This document shows positions 50,294-61,137 of a stretch of 64,000 nucleotides of DNA, piece by piece. The DNA lies in assembly GCA_902535975.1 (NCBI GenBank), contig CACAVP010000003.1, positions 2,533-66,532 on the forward strand, read 5' to 3'. Made by a program: the position numbers and the translations under genes. Source of the stretch: an uncultured Gammaproteobacteria bacterium. GTDB lineage: Bacteria > Pseudomonadota > Gammaproteobacteria > GCA-002705445 > GCA-002716945. Under the pieces are notes generated by a model. The model did no database searches, was not told where the DNA came from, and worked only from the letters and a program-made list of their open reading frames with translations. Numbering within the stretch: position 1 is the first letter of the stretch; each line of letters opens with the position of its first letter.

Positions 50294-51577
50294 ATGATTA
50301 AAATAGGCGTATGTGGATTTGGAACAGTCGGCCAGAGTTTTGTAAATCATGTTCTTGCTTACAAAGAAAAAATAATTAAAAACTGTGGCAGAGATATATG
50401 TATATCAATTATTGCAGACAGATCAATTGAGAGAAAAAAATTTAAGACCGAAAGCATTGAGTTCACCTCAGATATTTTGAGCGTTTTAGATTCAGATTGC
50501 GATTTAGTCGTCGAGCTAATAGGTGGTACCGATTTAGCCTATGACCTTGTTAAAGGAGCAATTAGTAAAAAAAAGTCAGTCATAACAGCTAATAAAGCCC
50601 TAATTGCAGAGAAAGGTGAAGATCTTTTTGAATTGTCAAATAAGCAAAATAGTTATATTGGTTACGAGGCTTCAGTTGCAGGAGCTATCCCAGTTATAAG
50701 CACTTTAAAACATAATATGCTAAATGAAAATATCATATCAATCAGCGGTATTATCAATGGTACATCTAATTATATCCTTGATCAGATGTCATCTGCGAAA
50801 AAGAGCTTTAAAGACGCGTTGCACAATGCCCAGGAACTTGGATATGCTGAGGCTGACCCAACATTTGATATCGGGGGATTCGATGCTGCCCATAAGATTT
50901 CCATACTTGCAAATATTGCTTTTGACATAAAATCTCCATATAAAAATATGCATATAGAGGGCATTGATTCGATTGAAAGCATGGATATTGATTATGCTAG
51001 CGAGCTTGGTTACAAAATCAAACATATTGCAACAGCGCGATCGAATGATTCTCAAATTGAATGCAAAGTTCATCCTGCTTTGGTAAATAAAAAAAATATC
51101 CTATCAAAAATTGATGGTGTGATGAATGCTGTCAAAATTATAGGAGATAAGTTTGGAACATCCATGTTATACGGGCATGGTGCAGGGGGTGCTGCCACAG
51201 CGTCTGCGGTTGTATCAAATATTATTGACTACAGCATTCATTTAGATAGAAAAGTAAAAAGTAAACCTGATCCCATTGGTTCTGGCTCTAGAGAATTAGT
51301 AGATATTCAAAATATCTCTAATCAATATTATCTTAGGATGTTTGCTAATGATGTACCCGGAGTAATGGCTGACATTACTTCCACACTAGCGAAGCATCAA
51401 ATTAGTATTGAAGCAGTCACTCAGCATGAACCTTTTGAAAACGAAAAATTAATTCCAGTTGTAATGATTACAAATTCAGTAAGATATAAAGATATTTTAT
51501 CTGCTATTAACAAAATTGAGACTATGGATAACATAATCGGAGACGTTAATCTTATTAGGGTGTTCAATGACGACTGA
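50294..51577 (+). CDS. hom: Homoserine dehydrogenase
   Basis: 427 aa (GVCGFGTVG, C-terminal ACT domain), upstream of thrC. Confidence 0.93.
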   Translation: MIKIGVCGFGTVGQSFVNHVLAYKEKIIKNCGRDICISIIADRSIERKKFKTESIEFTSDILSVLDSDCDLVVELIGGTDLAYDLVKGAISKKKSVITANKALIAEKGEDLFELSNKQNSYIGYEASVAGAIPVISTLKHNMLNENIISISGIINGTSNYILDQMSSAKKSFKDALHNAQELGYAEADPTFDIGGFDAAHKISILANIAFDIKSPYKNMHIEGIDSIESMDIDYASELGYKIKHIATARSNDSQIECKVHPALVNKKNILSKIDGVMNAVKIIGDKFGTSMLYGHGAGGAATASAVVSNIIDYSIHLDRKVKSKPDPIGSGSRELVDIQNISNQYYLRMFANDVPGVMADITSTLAKHQISIEAVTQHEPFENEKLIPVVMITNSVRYKDILSAINKIETMDNIIGDVNLIRVFNDD

Positions 51578-52973
51578 CAACATACAACCACTTATTTATA
51601 AGAGTACAAGAGGGCAAGCGAAAGAACTTTATTTTAAAGATGTAATTTTCGAAGGACTAGCCAGTGACGGTGGCTTGTATATTCCATCTGTTTGGCCAAA
51701 GCTAGACAATGATCTCATTACTGAATTTAAAAACATGTCTTATCAAGATATAGCTTTCCATATATTTAAGCCTTACATCGACACATCAATATCTGATGAT
51801 AAGCTGAGAGAAATAATATTTGAGTCTTATAACAAGTTCACTAATGATGAAATAACTCCTTTAAATCAAATAGAAGAAAAAGAGTATCTGCTTGAATTGT
51901 TTCATGGACCTACTTACGCATTCAAGGATATAGCAATGCAATTTATATCTAGGCTAATGGATTACTATCTTACTGCAGATAATAAAAAAATTAATATATT
52001 AGGTGCAACATCAGGGGATACTGGATCAGCAGCGATATATGGATTTGAATCTGTACAGTCATCGAATGTTTTTATTCTTCATCCACATAACCTAATATCA
52101 CCTACGCAAAGGAAGTTTATGACTACAGTGTCATCAAAAAATATTATTAATATTGCAATAAAAGGAAACTTTGATGATTGTCAGAATCTTATCAAAGAGG
52201 TATTTTCAGACGAAGAGTATAAGAAATCAAAGAACTTAGGTGCGATAAATTCTATTAACTGGGCTAGAATTATGTGCCAAATTACTTACTATTTTTACGC
52301 AGCAAGCAGAATCTCGGATATTGAAAACGTTGTATTTTCAGTTCCAACAGGAAACTTCGGGGATATACTAGCTGGATATATCTCAAAAAAAATGGGACTT
52401 AATTTTAGGAAACTTATAATTGGAACTAATGAAAATAATATTCTCGATCGTACTCTGAAAACAGGAGAACATGCTGTGAAAGATGTTATAAGCACATCAT
52501 CTCCGAGCATTGATATTCAGATATCTAGTAATTTTGAGAGATTAATATATGATGCCTGTAAGGATTCAAATGTTGTCTCAGAGTTAATGGAAAATTTAAA
52601 GAATAAAAGGTCATACAAATTATCTAATGAAATGAGAGAGTACATAGGTACCTATTTTTCATCTGATACTGCAAATAAAAAAGAAGTTGAAGAAATAATT
52701 TTAAGCTATTTTAAAAAATATAATATTACCTTAGATCCACATACTGCTGTCGGAGTCATGTGTGGAAAAAAACAAAAATTATCTGAAGATATTCTGGTAA
52801 CTTTGTCTACAGCTCATCCAGCAAAATTTAAGGAAACAGTATCAGAAATTATATCTGATAACTCTTTTATTACTGATAAAGTGAAATCCCTAGACACACT
52901 TGAGGAACATATGATTATTGCCAACAAGAATGCTAACGATATTAAAAAACTGATCGACAATCACGTAGCATGA
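51567..52973 (+). CDS. thrC: Threonine synthase (long form)
   Basis: 468 aa with the PLP-lysine region HGPTYAFKD. Confidence 0.93.
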   Translation: MTTDNIQPLIYKSTRGQAKELYFKDVIFEGLASDGGLYIPSVWPKLDNDLITEFKNMSYQDIAFHIFKPYIDTSISDDKLREIIFESYNKFTNDEITPLNQIEEKEYLLELFHGPTYAFKDIAMQFISRLMDYYLTADNKKINILGATSGDTGSAAIYGFESVQSSNVFILHPHNLISPTQRKFMTTVSSKNIINIAIKGNFDDCQNLIKEVFSDEEYKKSKNLGAINSINWARIMCQITYYFYAASRISDIENVVFSVPTGNFGDILAGYISKKMGLNFRKLIIGTNENNILDRTLKTGEHAVKDVISTSSPSIDIQISSNFERLIYDACKDSNVVSELMENLKNKRSYKLSNEMREYIGTYFSSDTANKKEVEEIILSYFKKYNITLDPHTAVGVMCGKKQKLSEDILVTLSTAHPAKFKETVSEIISDNSFITDKVKSLDTLEEHMIIANKNANDIKKLIDNHVA

Positions 52974-53140
52974 GAGTTCTTTTAATATTATTTTTCGCGA
53001 TATTAGCCCTAGGCTTTTTGAGAAAAAAAATTGATGAAAGATTTGAATTTATTCATTATCTATTACAATTAACTTTTTATGCACTGATAATTTTATTTGT
53101 ATATATATTAGGAATGCACTTCTTGGGAAATAGTATTTAA
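52970..53140 (+). CDS. Unannotated 56-aa two-TM small membrane protein (candidate)
   Basis: My own translation is MRVLLILFFAILALGFLRKKIDERFEFIHYLLQLTFYALIILFVYILGMHFLGNSI*. Its ATG overlaps the thrC TGA (ATGA). The ORF exactly fills the thrC-trxB gap and falls below the ORF-track length cut-off. Confidence 0.45.
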   Translation: MRVLLILFFAILALGFLRKKIDERFEFIHYLLQLTFYALIILFVYILGMHFLGNSI

Positions 53141-54109
<969 letters not shown>

Positions 54110-54202
54110 TCAACCAAGTCATTATACACAATAATTTGTTATCGTTATATATGTATATATTATGATAAAAAATTTGTATAATTCTTATTAAATGAGGTAC
54201 AT

Positions 54203-56401
54203 TTGTCTCAGATAAAAAGAAATAAAAAGCTTTCTAAATCAAAGTTTGATTATCTGCCAAAAGAGATTTTTAATTTCTTTTTACTAACTTTTTCACTTCT
54301 TTTCACTTTATCGATAATTTCTCACGATCCATCTGACCCAAATTTTTTCCAAACAGGCTTAGGGAGTACTGTTAATAATTATATTGGCATATTAGGATCA
54401 TACATCTCACACATGACTTTTATGATTCTAGGTAAAACATCATACTTACTAGCTGCTTTCTTGATATTCTATTCACTCTCAAAATATCGTATATTTGTTC
54501 CTACCAGGAGCGCAGCAATAACTAATTTCTTGCTGCTTATTATTTTCTTCTCAAGTTTATCTACTGTTTTTGAATATATTGCCCCAAGCTCTGGCGGATA
54601 TATTGGTCATATAATTTTTAACCATTCTTCAAGTTACATTGGTTCATATGGCGTTATAGTAGCCTCATTATTAACGCTTCTCTATTCATATGTGTATTAT
54701 TTTGATATATCCGTCAGTAGTGTGTCTAGAAATACTATTAAAGTATCAACTTATCTTTATTTGAAAGCCAAATACAAATTAGGAATCTTATATGAAAAGG
54801 CTAATCTTAAAATTAGACTACTTGAACAGAAGAATGTTGACTCAAGCAGCATCACTAAGAAGAAACCCAATGATACAAAAGTTGATATAGTCAAACTAAA
54901 ACCACAGGAGAGCAAGAGAGCTTTTAAAGAGAAACAACAAACCTTATTTTCTGACACCAATAGCAAACTTCCGTTGCTAGAATTCCTTGATAAACATGAT
55001 TCAGAAATTGTTAATCATGATGAGAGCTCTCTAAAGCTTATGTCAGAGATGCTTGAACAAAATTTGGGTCATTATGGAATAACAGCAAAAGTCAAAGCTG
55101 TAAGACCTGGCCCTATTGTAACATTATTTGAAATTGAGCCTGTGGCTGGCACAAAGGCTGCAACTATCAATACTATCAGTAAGGATTTAGCTCGAACTAT
55201 GACAGTACCAAGCTTAAGAGTAGTTGAGACTGTCCCAGGAACTGCCCACATAGGAATTGAAATACCAAACGATGATAGAGAGACGGTGTCTCTTAAAGAT
55301 ATAATTTGTTCTAAGGAGTTTGAAAGTTCAAAAGCTTCTCTAACAATGGCCCTAGGAAAAGATATTCAGGGAAATCCGATTTGTGTAGATCTTCATAAGC
55401 TTCCACATTTATTAGTTGCTGGAACAACTGGCTCAGGTAAGTCAGTTGCGGTACATTCTATGATTATAAGCTTACTTTATAAACACGACATTGATCATCT
55501 AAAATTTTTAATGATCGATCCAAAGATGTTGGAGTTGAGCGCTTATGAGGGATTACCTCACCTTTTACATCCCGTTGTTACTGATATGAATGAGGCTAAA
55601 AGCGTCTTACATTGGTGTGTTCAGGAAATGGAGAGAAGGTATAGATATATGATGGATCTAAATGTAAGAAATATTCAATCATATAATAAAGAGATCAAAA
55701 AAAATGATGAGTCGGGCGTCAGTAAAATATATACACCAACAGAGGGGAATACTGAAAAGTATCATCAAAAACTTCCGTATATTGTTGTTGTCGTAGATGA
55801 ATTTGCAGATATGATGCAAACCGTTGGAAAGAAAGTCGAAGATTTAATTATTCGTTTATCACAAAAGGCTAGAGCTGCAGGTATTCATCTTATTCTAGCT
55901 ACCCAGCGACCTTCAGTTAATGTTATCACTGGATTAATAAAAGCTAATATACCAACTCGTTTGGGTTTGAAGGTATCGTCTAATATTGACTCACGAACAA
56001 TACTTGACTCTATGGGTGCAGAGCAACTCCTCGGGCTTGGTGATATGTTATATAGGGGATCAGGCACTCATGTGCTCCAGAGAATACATGGTGCGTTTGT
56101 TAACGAAACTGAGATAAATAAAGTTGCAGATTATTTAAGGGAACAGAAAATTAATAATGACATCGAATCAATACTCCTTGAGGATGATGAAATGGATGAC
56201 GATGTCGAGATTAACGAAACCTCTGATGAGCTTTATAGTGAAGCTGTTCAGATTGTGAAAGAGACAAAAAAAACATCTATATCTTTTTTACAAAGAAAAC
56301 TTAAAATTGGTTATAATCGTGCAGCGAATCTTATAGAAGCCATGGAGGCAAAAGGAATCTTATCTGAGCCTCAGAGTAATGGAAATAGAGAAATTTTGTA
56401 A
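54203..56401 (+). CDS. ftsK: DNA translocase FtsK
   Basis: 732 aa with N-terminal TM helices, the Walker A GTTGSGKS, and a C-terminal gamma winged-helix. The TTG start is preceded by GAGG. Confidence 0.93.
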   Translation: MSQIKRNKKLSKSKFDYLPKEIFNFFLLTFSLLFTLSIISHDPSDPNFFQTGLGSTVNNYIGILGSYISHMTFMILGKTSYLLAAFLIFYSLSKYRIFVPTRSAAITNFLLLIIFFSSLSTVFEYIAPSSGGYIGHIIFNHSSSYIGSYGVIVASLLTLLYSYVYYFDISVSSVSRNTIKVSTYLYLKAKYKLGILYEKANLKIRLLEQKNVDSSSITKKKPNDTKVDIVKLKPQESKRAFKEKQQTLFSDTNSKLPLLEFLDKHDSEIVNHDESSLKLMSEMLEQNLGHYGITAKVKAVRPGPIVTLFEIEPVAGTKAATINTISKDLARTMTVPSLRVVETVPGTAHIGIEIPNDDRETVSLKDIICSKEFESSKASLTMALGKDIQGNPICVDLHKLPHLLVAGTTGSGKSVAVHSMIISLLYKHDIDHLKFLMIDPKMLELSAYEGLPHLLHPVVTDMNEAKSVLHWCVQEMERRYRYMMDLNVRNIQSYNKEIKKNDESGVSKIYTPTEGNTEKYHQKLPYIVVVVDEFADMMQTVGKKVEDLIIRLSQKARAAGIHLILATQRPSVNVITGLIKANIPTRLGLKVSSNIDSRTILDSMGAEQLLGLGDMLYRGSGTHVLQRIHGAFVNETEINKVADYLREQKINNDIESILLEDDEMDDDVEINETSDELYSEAVQIVKETKKTSISFLQRKLKIGYNRAANLIEAMEAKGILSEPQSNGNREIL

Positions 56402-56407
56402 AATAAA

Positions 56408-57658
56408 ATGAATGATTTAAAAAATATGCTTACCAACACCGATGAAGTTGCAAGAAAACTATCAACACGTGGCTTTAGTCTTGATTCGGTATTTATAAAC
56501 GAAAACTCAAATATCAGAAAGAAGCTCATACAAGAGAAGGAAGATCTGGCAAGTGAAAAAAATAAAATATCTGATTCTTTTAGAAAAGTATCTAGTGATT
56601 CAGAAAAAAATGCTCTTATGGAGAAATCAAAGTCTATTGAAGTACGAGTGGCAGATCTGAAAAAAAAATTATATGAGGTTGAGGATAAATTAAACAATCA
56701 CCTACTTGAAATTCCAAATATTCCACATCATACATGTCCAATTGGAGATACCGAAGAGGGAAATAAACTGATCGAAAAGCATGGCGAGATAACTAATACA
56801 AATGCAGATGAGCACTCTGATATCCTTGATAAGCTGCATATGTTAAGTTTTGAGGATGCCGTAAAGATAACTCAGAATCGATTTGTTGTACTCAAAGGAC
56901 AAGTTGCATCTCTTCATAGGGCACTTATAAACTTTATGTTAGGTAAACAGGTTAAAAATGGTTATCAGGAGTATAACGTTCCATATATTTGTAACTCTGA
57001 AAGTCTGACTGGAACTGGCCAACTACCTAAATTTGAAGAAGATTTATTCAAACTTTCAAACGCTAATCTTTATTTAATACCCACCGCAGAGGTTCCTCTG
57101 ACTAATATCTACCGAGATGTGACATTACTCTCAGAAGATCTCCCAATAATGATGACCGCACACACTCCATGTTTTAGATCGGAGGCCGGTTCCTATGGTC
57201 TCGATACAAAAGGATTAATAAGACAACATCAGTTTGAAAAAATTGAATTAGTCCAGTTAGTCCATCCAAAATACTCAAATAAAGCTTTAGATGAAATCAC
57301 TCTCCATGCCAGGTCTATACTTGATGATCTAGAGCTCCCATATCAAATTGTTGAGCTATGCACTGGAGATTTAGGCTTCTCCTCTCAAAAAACCTATGAT
57401 CTCGAGGTTTGGTTTCCGAGCCAAAAAAAATATAGAGAAGTCTCCTCATGTAGTAATTTCGGTGATTTTCAAGCTAGGCGACTCAATATCAAGTTTAAAG
57501 AGGATAAACAAAAGAATTTTGTTCATACCTTGAATGGCTCCGGACTTGCTGTCGGGAGAACTTTAGCAGCATTAGTTGAAAATAATTTTGATGGCAAACA
57601 AATTAATATTCCAAACTGTCTTCATAAATATTTAGATTTTAAGACCATTGAATTGTAA
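56408..57658 (+). CDS. serS: Serine--tRNA ligase
   Basis: 416 aa with an N-terminal coiled-coil arm and class II motifs (FRSEAGS, GSGLAVGRT). Confidence 0.95.
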   Translation: MNDLKNMLTNTDEVARKLSTRGFSLDSVFINENSNIRKKLIQEKEDLASEKNKISDSFRKVSSDSEKNALMEKSKSIEVRVADLKKKLYEVEDKLNNHLLEIPNIPHHTCPIGDTEEGNKLIEKHGEITNTNADEHSDILDKLHMLSFEDAVKITQNRFVVLKGQVASLHRALINFMLGKQVKNGYQEYNVPYICNSESLTGTGQLPKFEEDLFKLSNANLYLIPTAEVPLTNIYRDVTLLSEDLPIMMTAHTPCFRSEAGSYGLDTKGLIRQHQFEKIELVQLVHPKYSNKALDEITLHARSILDDLELPYQIVELCTGDLGFSSQKTYDLEVWFPSQKKYREVSSCSNFGDFQARRLNIKFKEDKQKNFVHTLNGSGLAVGRTLAALVENNFDGKQINIPNCLHKYLDFKTIEL

Positions 57659-57682
57659 TAGTTATTATTTTTCATCTATAAT
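57653..57682 (+). promoter_or_regulatory. Candidate sigma70 promoter for tRNA-Ser(UGA): -35 TTGTAA (57653-57658), 18-nt spacer, -10 TATAAT (57677-57682)
   Basis: Read directly from the sequence. The -10 ends 10 nt before the mature tRNA 5' end, and the -35 overlaps the serS stop codon. Confidence 0.45.
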
Positions 57683-57692
57683 GACGGCTTAC

Positions 57693-57779
57693 GGAGACGT
57701 GCCAGAGTGGTTGAATGGGCCGGTCTTGAAAACCGTTAGGGTGTCAAAGCCCTCGTGGGTTCGAATCCCACCGTCTCCT
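57693..57779 (+). tRNA. tRNA-Ser (anticodon UGA)
   Basis: Hand-folded: acceptor GGAGACG/CGTCTCC, anticodon loop CUUGAAA, long variable arm, T-loop GGTTCGAATCC. No CCA is encoded. Confidence 0.9.
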
Positions 57780-57789
57780 GAAAAGAATT

Positions 57790-58986
57790 TTGGAATCTAA
57801 AAAATACTATAGTTGGGTGTTATATGATTGGGCAAACTCAGCTTATGCGACAATCGTTTTAGCAGGATTTTTTCCGATCATTTATGCAGAGTATTTTGCC
57901 TCTTCTATTATCGATTCAGAGCGTACACTATATCTCGGAGTGTCAAATTCTATTGCAAGTATAATATTAATACTTATTGCACCTATATTCGGTCTTCTTT
58001 CTGATAAATTTTCCAACAAAAAAATATTTCTGATCATTTTTGCTCTTTTGAGTATTTTATCAACATCTTTACTGTCAATTATTTCCCAAGATAGCTATGT
58101 TATTGCTTCAATATTTTTTTCTATTTCCCTTCTAGGTTTCATGATGTCAAATGTATTTTATGATTCTATGTTGTTAAATTTTAATTCTCAAAAATATGAT
58201 TCTATCTCATCTGTTGGTTATGCATTGGGTTATTTAGGGGGAGGTCTTGCCTTTGTAATCTCATTACTATTTCTATATTTCCAAAGCGACTCTACTTTAG
58301 AATTAATATATTCTAAAAAAATTGTCTTCTTGTTTGCCAGCTTTTGGTGGTTATTATTTATGATACCGCTTTTGTTATTTTGGGAAGAAGATAAGCGTAT
58401 TCCCCATACAACAACTTTATTTGACACATTCAATGAGATTAAACTAGATAAAACTATATTTTATTTCCTCATTGCTTATTGGATTTATATCGATGGTGTA
58501 GACACTGTAATTCGTATGGCAATTAATTATGGATTAACGATTGGATTTGACTCAACTGATTTATTGATAGCACTCTTAGTGACTCAGTTCGTCGCTTTTC
58601 CAGGAACACTATTGATTAGCTGGCTCTCATCAATTTATTCTTGTGAGAGAGCTATAGTTGGATGTTTAATAACATACCTTATAATCTCAGTTTTAGCTTA
58701 TTATCTTGACACAATTTTAGAATTTTATTTAATTGCATCATTAATTGGGTTAGTACAGGGTGGCATTCAGGCTTTAAGTAGATCATATTTTGCAAGACTT
58801 ATACCTAATAACAAGCATTCAGAATATTTTGGGATCTATAATATGCTAGGAAAATTTGCCGCTCTCCTGGGACCTCTGTTAGTTGGCTTGATAACCTTTT
58901 TAACAAATGACCCCAGGATTGGGATGCTCAGCATTAGTATTTTCTTTATTCTTGGAATTATTCTTTTTGTTCACTCTAAAAAGTAA
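57790..58986 (+). CDS. MFS transporter (UMF1/Atg22-like family)
   Basis: 398 aa with about 12 TM helices and the N-terminal YSWVLYDWANSAY typical of UMF1. It has a TTG start. Confidence 0.8.
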   Translation: MESKKYYSWVLYDWANSAYATIVLAGFFPIIYAEYFASSIIDSERTLYLGVSNSIASIILILIAPIFGLLSDKFSNKKIFLIIFALLSILSTSLLSIISQDSYVIASIFFSISLLGFMMSNVFYDSMLLNFNSQKYDSISSVGYALGYLGGGLAFVISLLFLYFQSDSTLELIYSKKIVFLFASFWWLLFMIPLLLFWEEDKRIPHTTTLFDTFNEIKLDKTIFYFLIAYWIYIDGVDTVIRMAINYGLTIGFDSTDLLIALLVTQFVAFPGTLLISWLSSIYSCERAIVGCLITYLIISVLAYYLDTILEFYLIASLIGLVQGGIQALSRSYFARLIPNNKHSEYFGIYNMLGKFAALLGPLLVGLITFLTNDPRIGMLSISIFFILGIILFVHSKK

Positions 58987-59013
58987 TATGATCTATCATT
59001 GAGAATTATTGTT

Positions 59014-59100
59014 GGTAGGTTGGCAGAGTGGTCGAATGCGCCACCTTGGAAAGGTGGTTAACGAGTAATCGTTACAAGGGTTCGAATCCCTTACCTACCT
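59014..59100 (+). tRNA. tRNA-Ser (anticodon GGA)
   Basis: Hand-folded: acceptor GGTAGGT/ACCTACC, anticodon stem CCACC/GGTGG with loop UUGGAAA, long variable arm. No CCA is encoded. Confidence 0.9.
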
Positions 59101-59175
59101 AAGACTAGATATATTATTTCAATAAATAATTATAATACCCATGCAAGTAATGCATGATAGTATATAAGACTACTC

Positions 59176-59634
59176 ATGAACCAAACAGAAGCGAAACTGA
59201 CAGATGTTGAAAGAATGAATGTAACATCTGCTATTGATTTCTTGGTACCTTATGTTCACTCTATTGTTAAGATATCTTCAGAAGTAGATCTCCCGATAGA
59301 TGATTTCAAAAAAGAGATAATTGGTCTTTACTTTAGTATCAATTCTGATGACAACGGAAGGATAGAGGCATCAGCTAAGCATAACAATTTTGAATTTTCA
59401 CTACTTTACACAGGGACACGGAGTTTTGTACTCAAAGTAGACGGTTTCCATACATTCTCTGGCTTTACTTTTATGGAGACTAATAAAGGCATGAATATAC
59501 ATGATGATCTAAATTCTGATAACGAACACATTAGCAATATCCTAATGAAGCAGTTTTTGAAATACTATAAGAGTCCATATCTAGTGACTGAGGTTTATAA
59601 AAAATTCATTTTAGAAGGTAAAAGTTTTATATGA
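59176..59634 (+). CDS. Hypothetical protein (no family recognised)
   Basis: 152-aa soluble acidic ORF. It has an ATGA overlap with ugd, which suggests real, coupled translation. Confidence 0.55.
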   Translation: MNQTEAKLTDVERMNVTSAIDFLVPYVHSIVKISSEVDLPIDDFKKEIIGLYFSINSDDNGRIEASAKHNNFEFSLLYTGTRSFVLKVDGFHTFSGFTFMETNKGMNIHDDLNSDNEHISNILMKQFLKYYKSPYLVTEVYKKFILEGKSFI

Positions 59635-60800
59635 AAATATCAGTATTAGGAATGGGTTATGTAGGATTATCAAATGCAATTATGCTATCTACGAAGTATG
59701 ACGTCATTTGTCATGATATAGATGAATCTAAATTAGAATCAATTGAAAAAAGACAATCACCAATTAAAGATAAATTAGTATCTGAATTTTTCAAGAACAA
59801 AAAACTTAAACTAAAAACAAGTATCAAAATAAATTCTGAGATATTGGAATCAGATTTTATTATAATTTCTACTCCAACTAACTTTCAGACATCGACTAAA
59901 ATGTTCGATACCAGTTCAATTGACATAATTTTAAGAAAATTATCTAAGATGAAATCAACTGCAATAATTATCATAAAATCAACTTTGCCTGTTGGTTATA
60001 CAGCTCAGGTTAACGATAGATTTAAGAATCTAAAAATATATTTTTCACCTGAATTTCTTCGAGAAGGACGAGCACTCTATGATAATCTCTTCCCATCAAG
60101 GATTATTATTGGCAATAAAGATAAATATTCACTGAAATTTGTCACTATCATTAAAAGTGTTGTACGAAAAAGAAATATAAAAATAGTCTATATGCCAAGT
60201 ACAGAAGCTGAATCTGTTAAATTATTCTCTAACAGTTATCTTGCTGCACGTGTAGCATTTTTTAATGAACTTGATTCTTATTGTCTTGGAAATTATTTGG
60301 ATCCTAAGTCAATTATTATGGGACTATCATCTGACCCAAGAATAGGTGAGGGTTATAATAATCCATCGTTTGGATTTGGCGGTTATTGTTTACCAAAAGA
60401 CACTAAACAGTTGCACTCAAGCTTCGGACAGATACCCAATGCACTTGTAAAATCATTAACATTGTCTAATCTTCAAAGAAAGCAATTCATCGTTAATGAT
60501 ATCCTGAAGAACAAAGAAAAAAATATTGGTATATATATGTTGGCAATGAAGAAAGATTCAGATAACTTTAGAGAATCAAGTATTATTGATATAATCAGGC
60601 TACTTAAGAAAAATGGGAGAAACGTTTTCATACATGAACCTCTTATAAATAATAAAAAATCTATATTTGGGTGTCCAATAATTAATAACTTTGATTTATT
60701 TATCAAGAAAACAAAACTGATTGTTACGAATAGAGCCTCAAAAAAACTTAATAAAGTTTCAAATAAGGTCTATACACGAGATATTTTTGGAGAAAATTGA
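59631..60800 (+). CDS. ugd: UDP-glucose 6-dehydrogenase
   Basis: 389 aa, collinear by eye with E. coli Ugd along its whole length (GMGYVGLSNA, FSPEFLREG, NPSFGFGGYCLPKDTKQL, YTRDIFG). Confidence 0.9.
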   Translation: MKISVLGMGYVGLSNAIMLSTKYDVICHDIDESKLESIEKRQSPIKDKLVSEFFKNKKLKLKTSIKINSEILESDFIIISTPTNFQTSTKMFDTSSIDIILRKLSKMKSTAIIIIKSTLPVGYTAQVNDRFKNLKIYFSPEFLREGRALYDNLFPSRIIIGNKDKYSLKFVTIIKSVVRKRNIKIVYMPSTEAESVKLFSNSYLAARVAFFNELDSYCLGNYLDPKSIIMGLSSDPRIGEGYNNPSFGFGGYCLPKDTKQLHSSFGQIPNALVKSLTLSNLQRKQFIVNDILKNKEKNIGIYMLAMKKDSDNFRESSIIDIIRLLKKNGRNVFIHEPLINNKKSIFGCPIINNFDLFIKKTKLIVTNRASKKLNKVSNKVYTRDIFGEN

Positions 60801-61135
60801 TGTCTATTAAAATAAATTTTGTCAGGGGTGATGAGATACTAACTACCACAATGAGTGTTGGACGGACGATGCTGGATGCAGCAAAGAAGCTTAAAATTCC
60901 GGAGATACCAGCGATATGTAACGGATCATGCAATTGTGGGACTTGTCATGTTCACATAGATCCTGAATGGGTTGATAAAATTGAACCGATGGACCCTGGT
61001 TCAATGGAATTATTTATGCTTGAAAGGTCCGACCACTTTGACGAAAACCGAAGCAGGTTATGCTGTCAGATGGATATATATGATGTTTATGAGGGCCTGA
61101 CTGTTCATTTAGTTGATAACAGACAAGACAAATAA
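60800..61135 (+). CDS. [2Fe-2S] ferredoxin, adrenodoxin/putidaredoxin type
   Basis: About 111 aa with Cx5Cx2C (CNGSCNCGTCH) plus a distal Cys (SRLCCQ). The ATG at 60800 shares one base with the ugd TGA. Confidence 0.82.
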   Translation: MSIKINFVRGDEILTTTMSVGRTMLDAAKKLKIPEIPAICNGSCNCGTCHVHIDPEWVDKIEPMDPGSMELFMLERSDHFDENRSRLCCQMDIYDVYEGLTVHLVDNRQDK

Positions 61136-61137
61136 TC

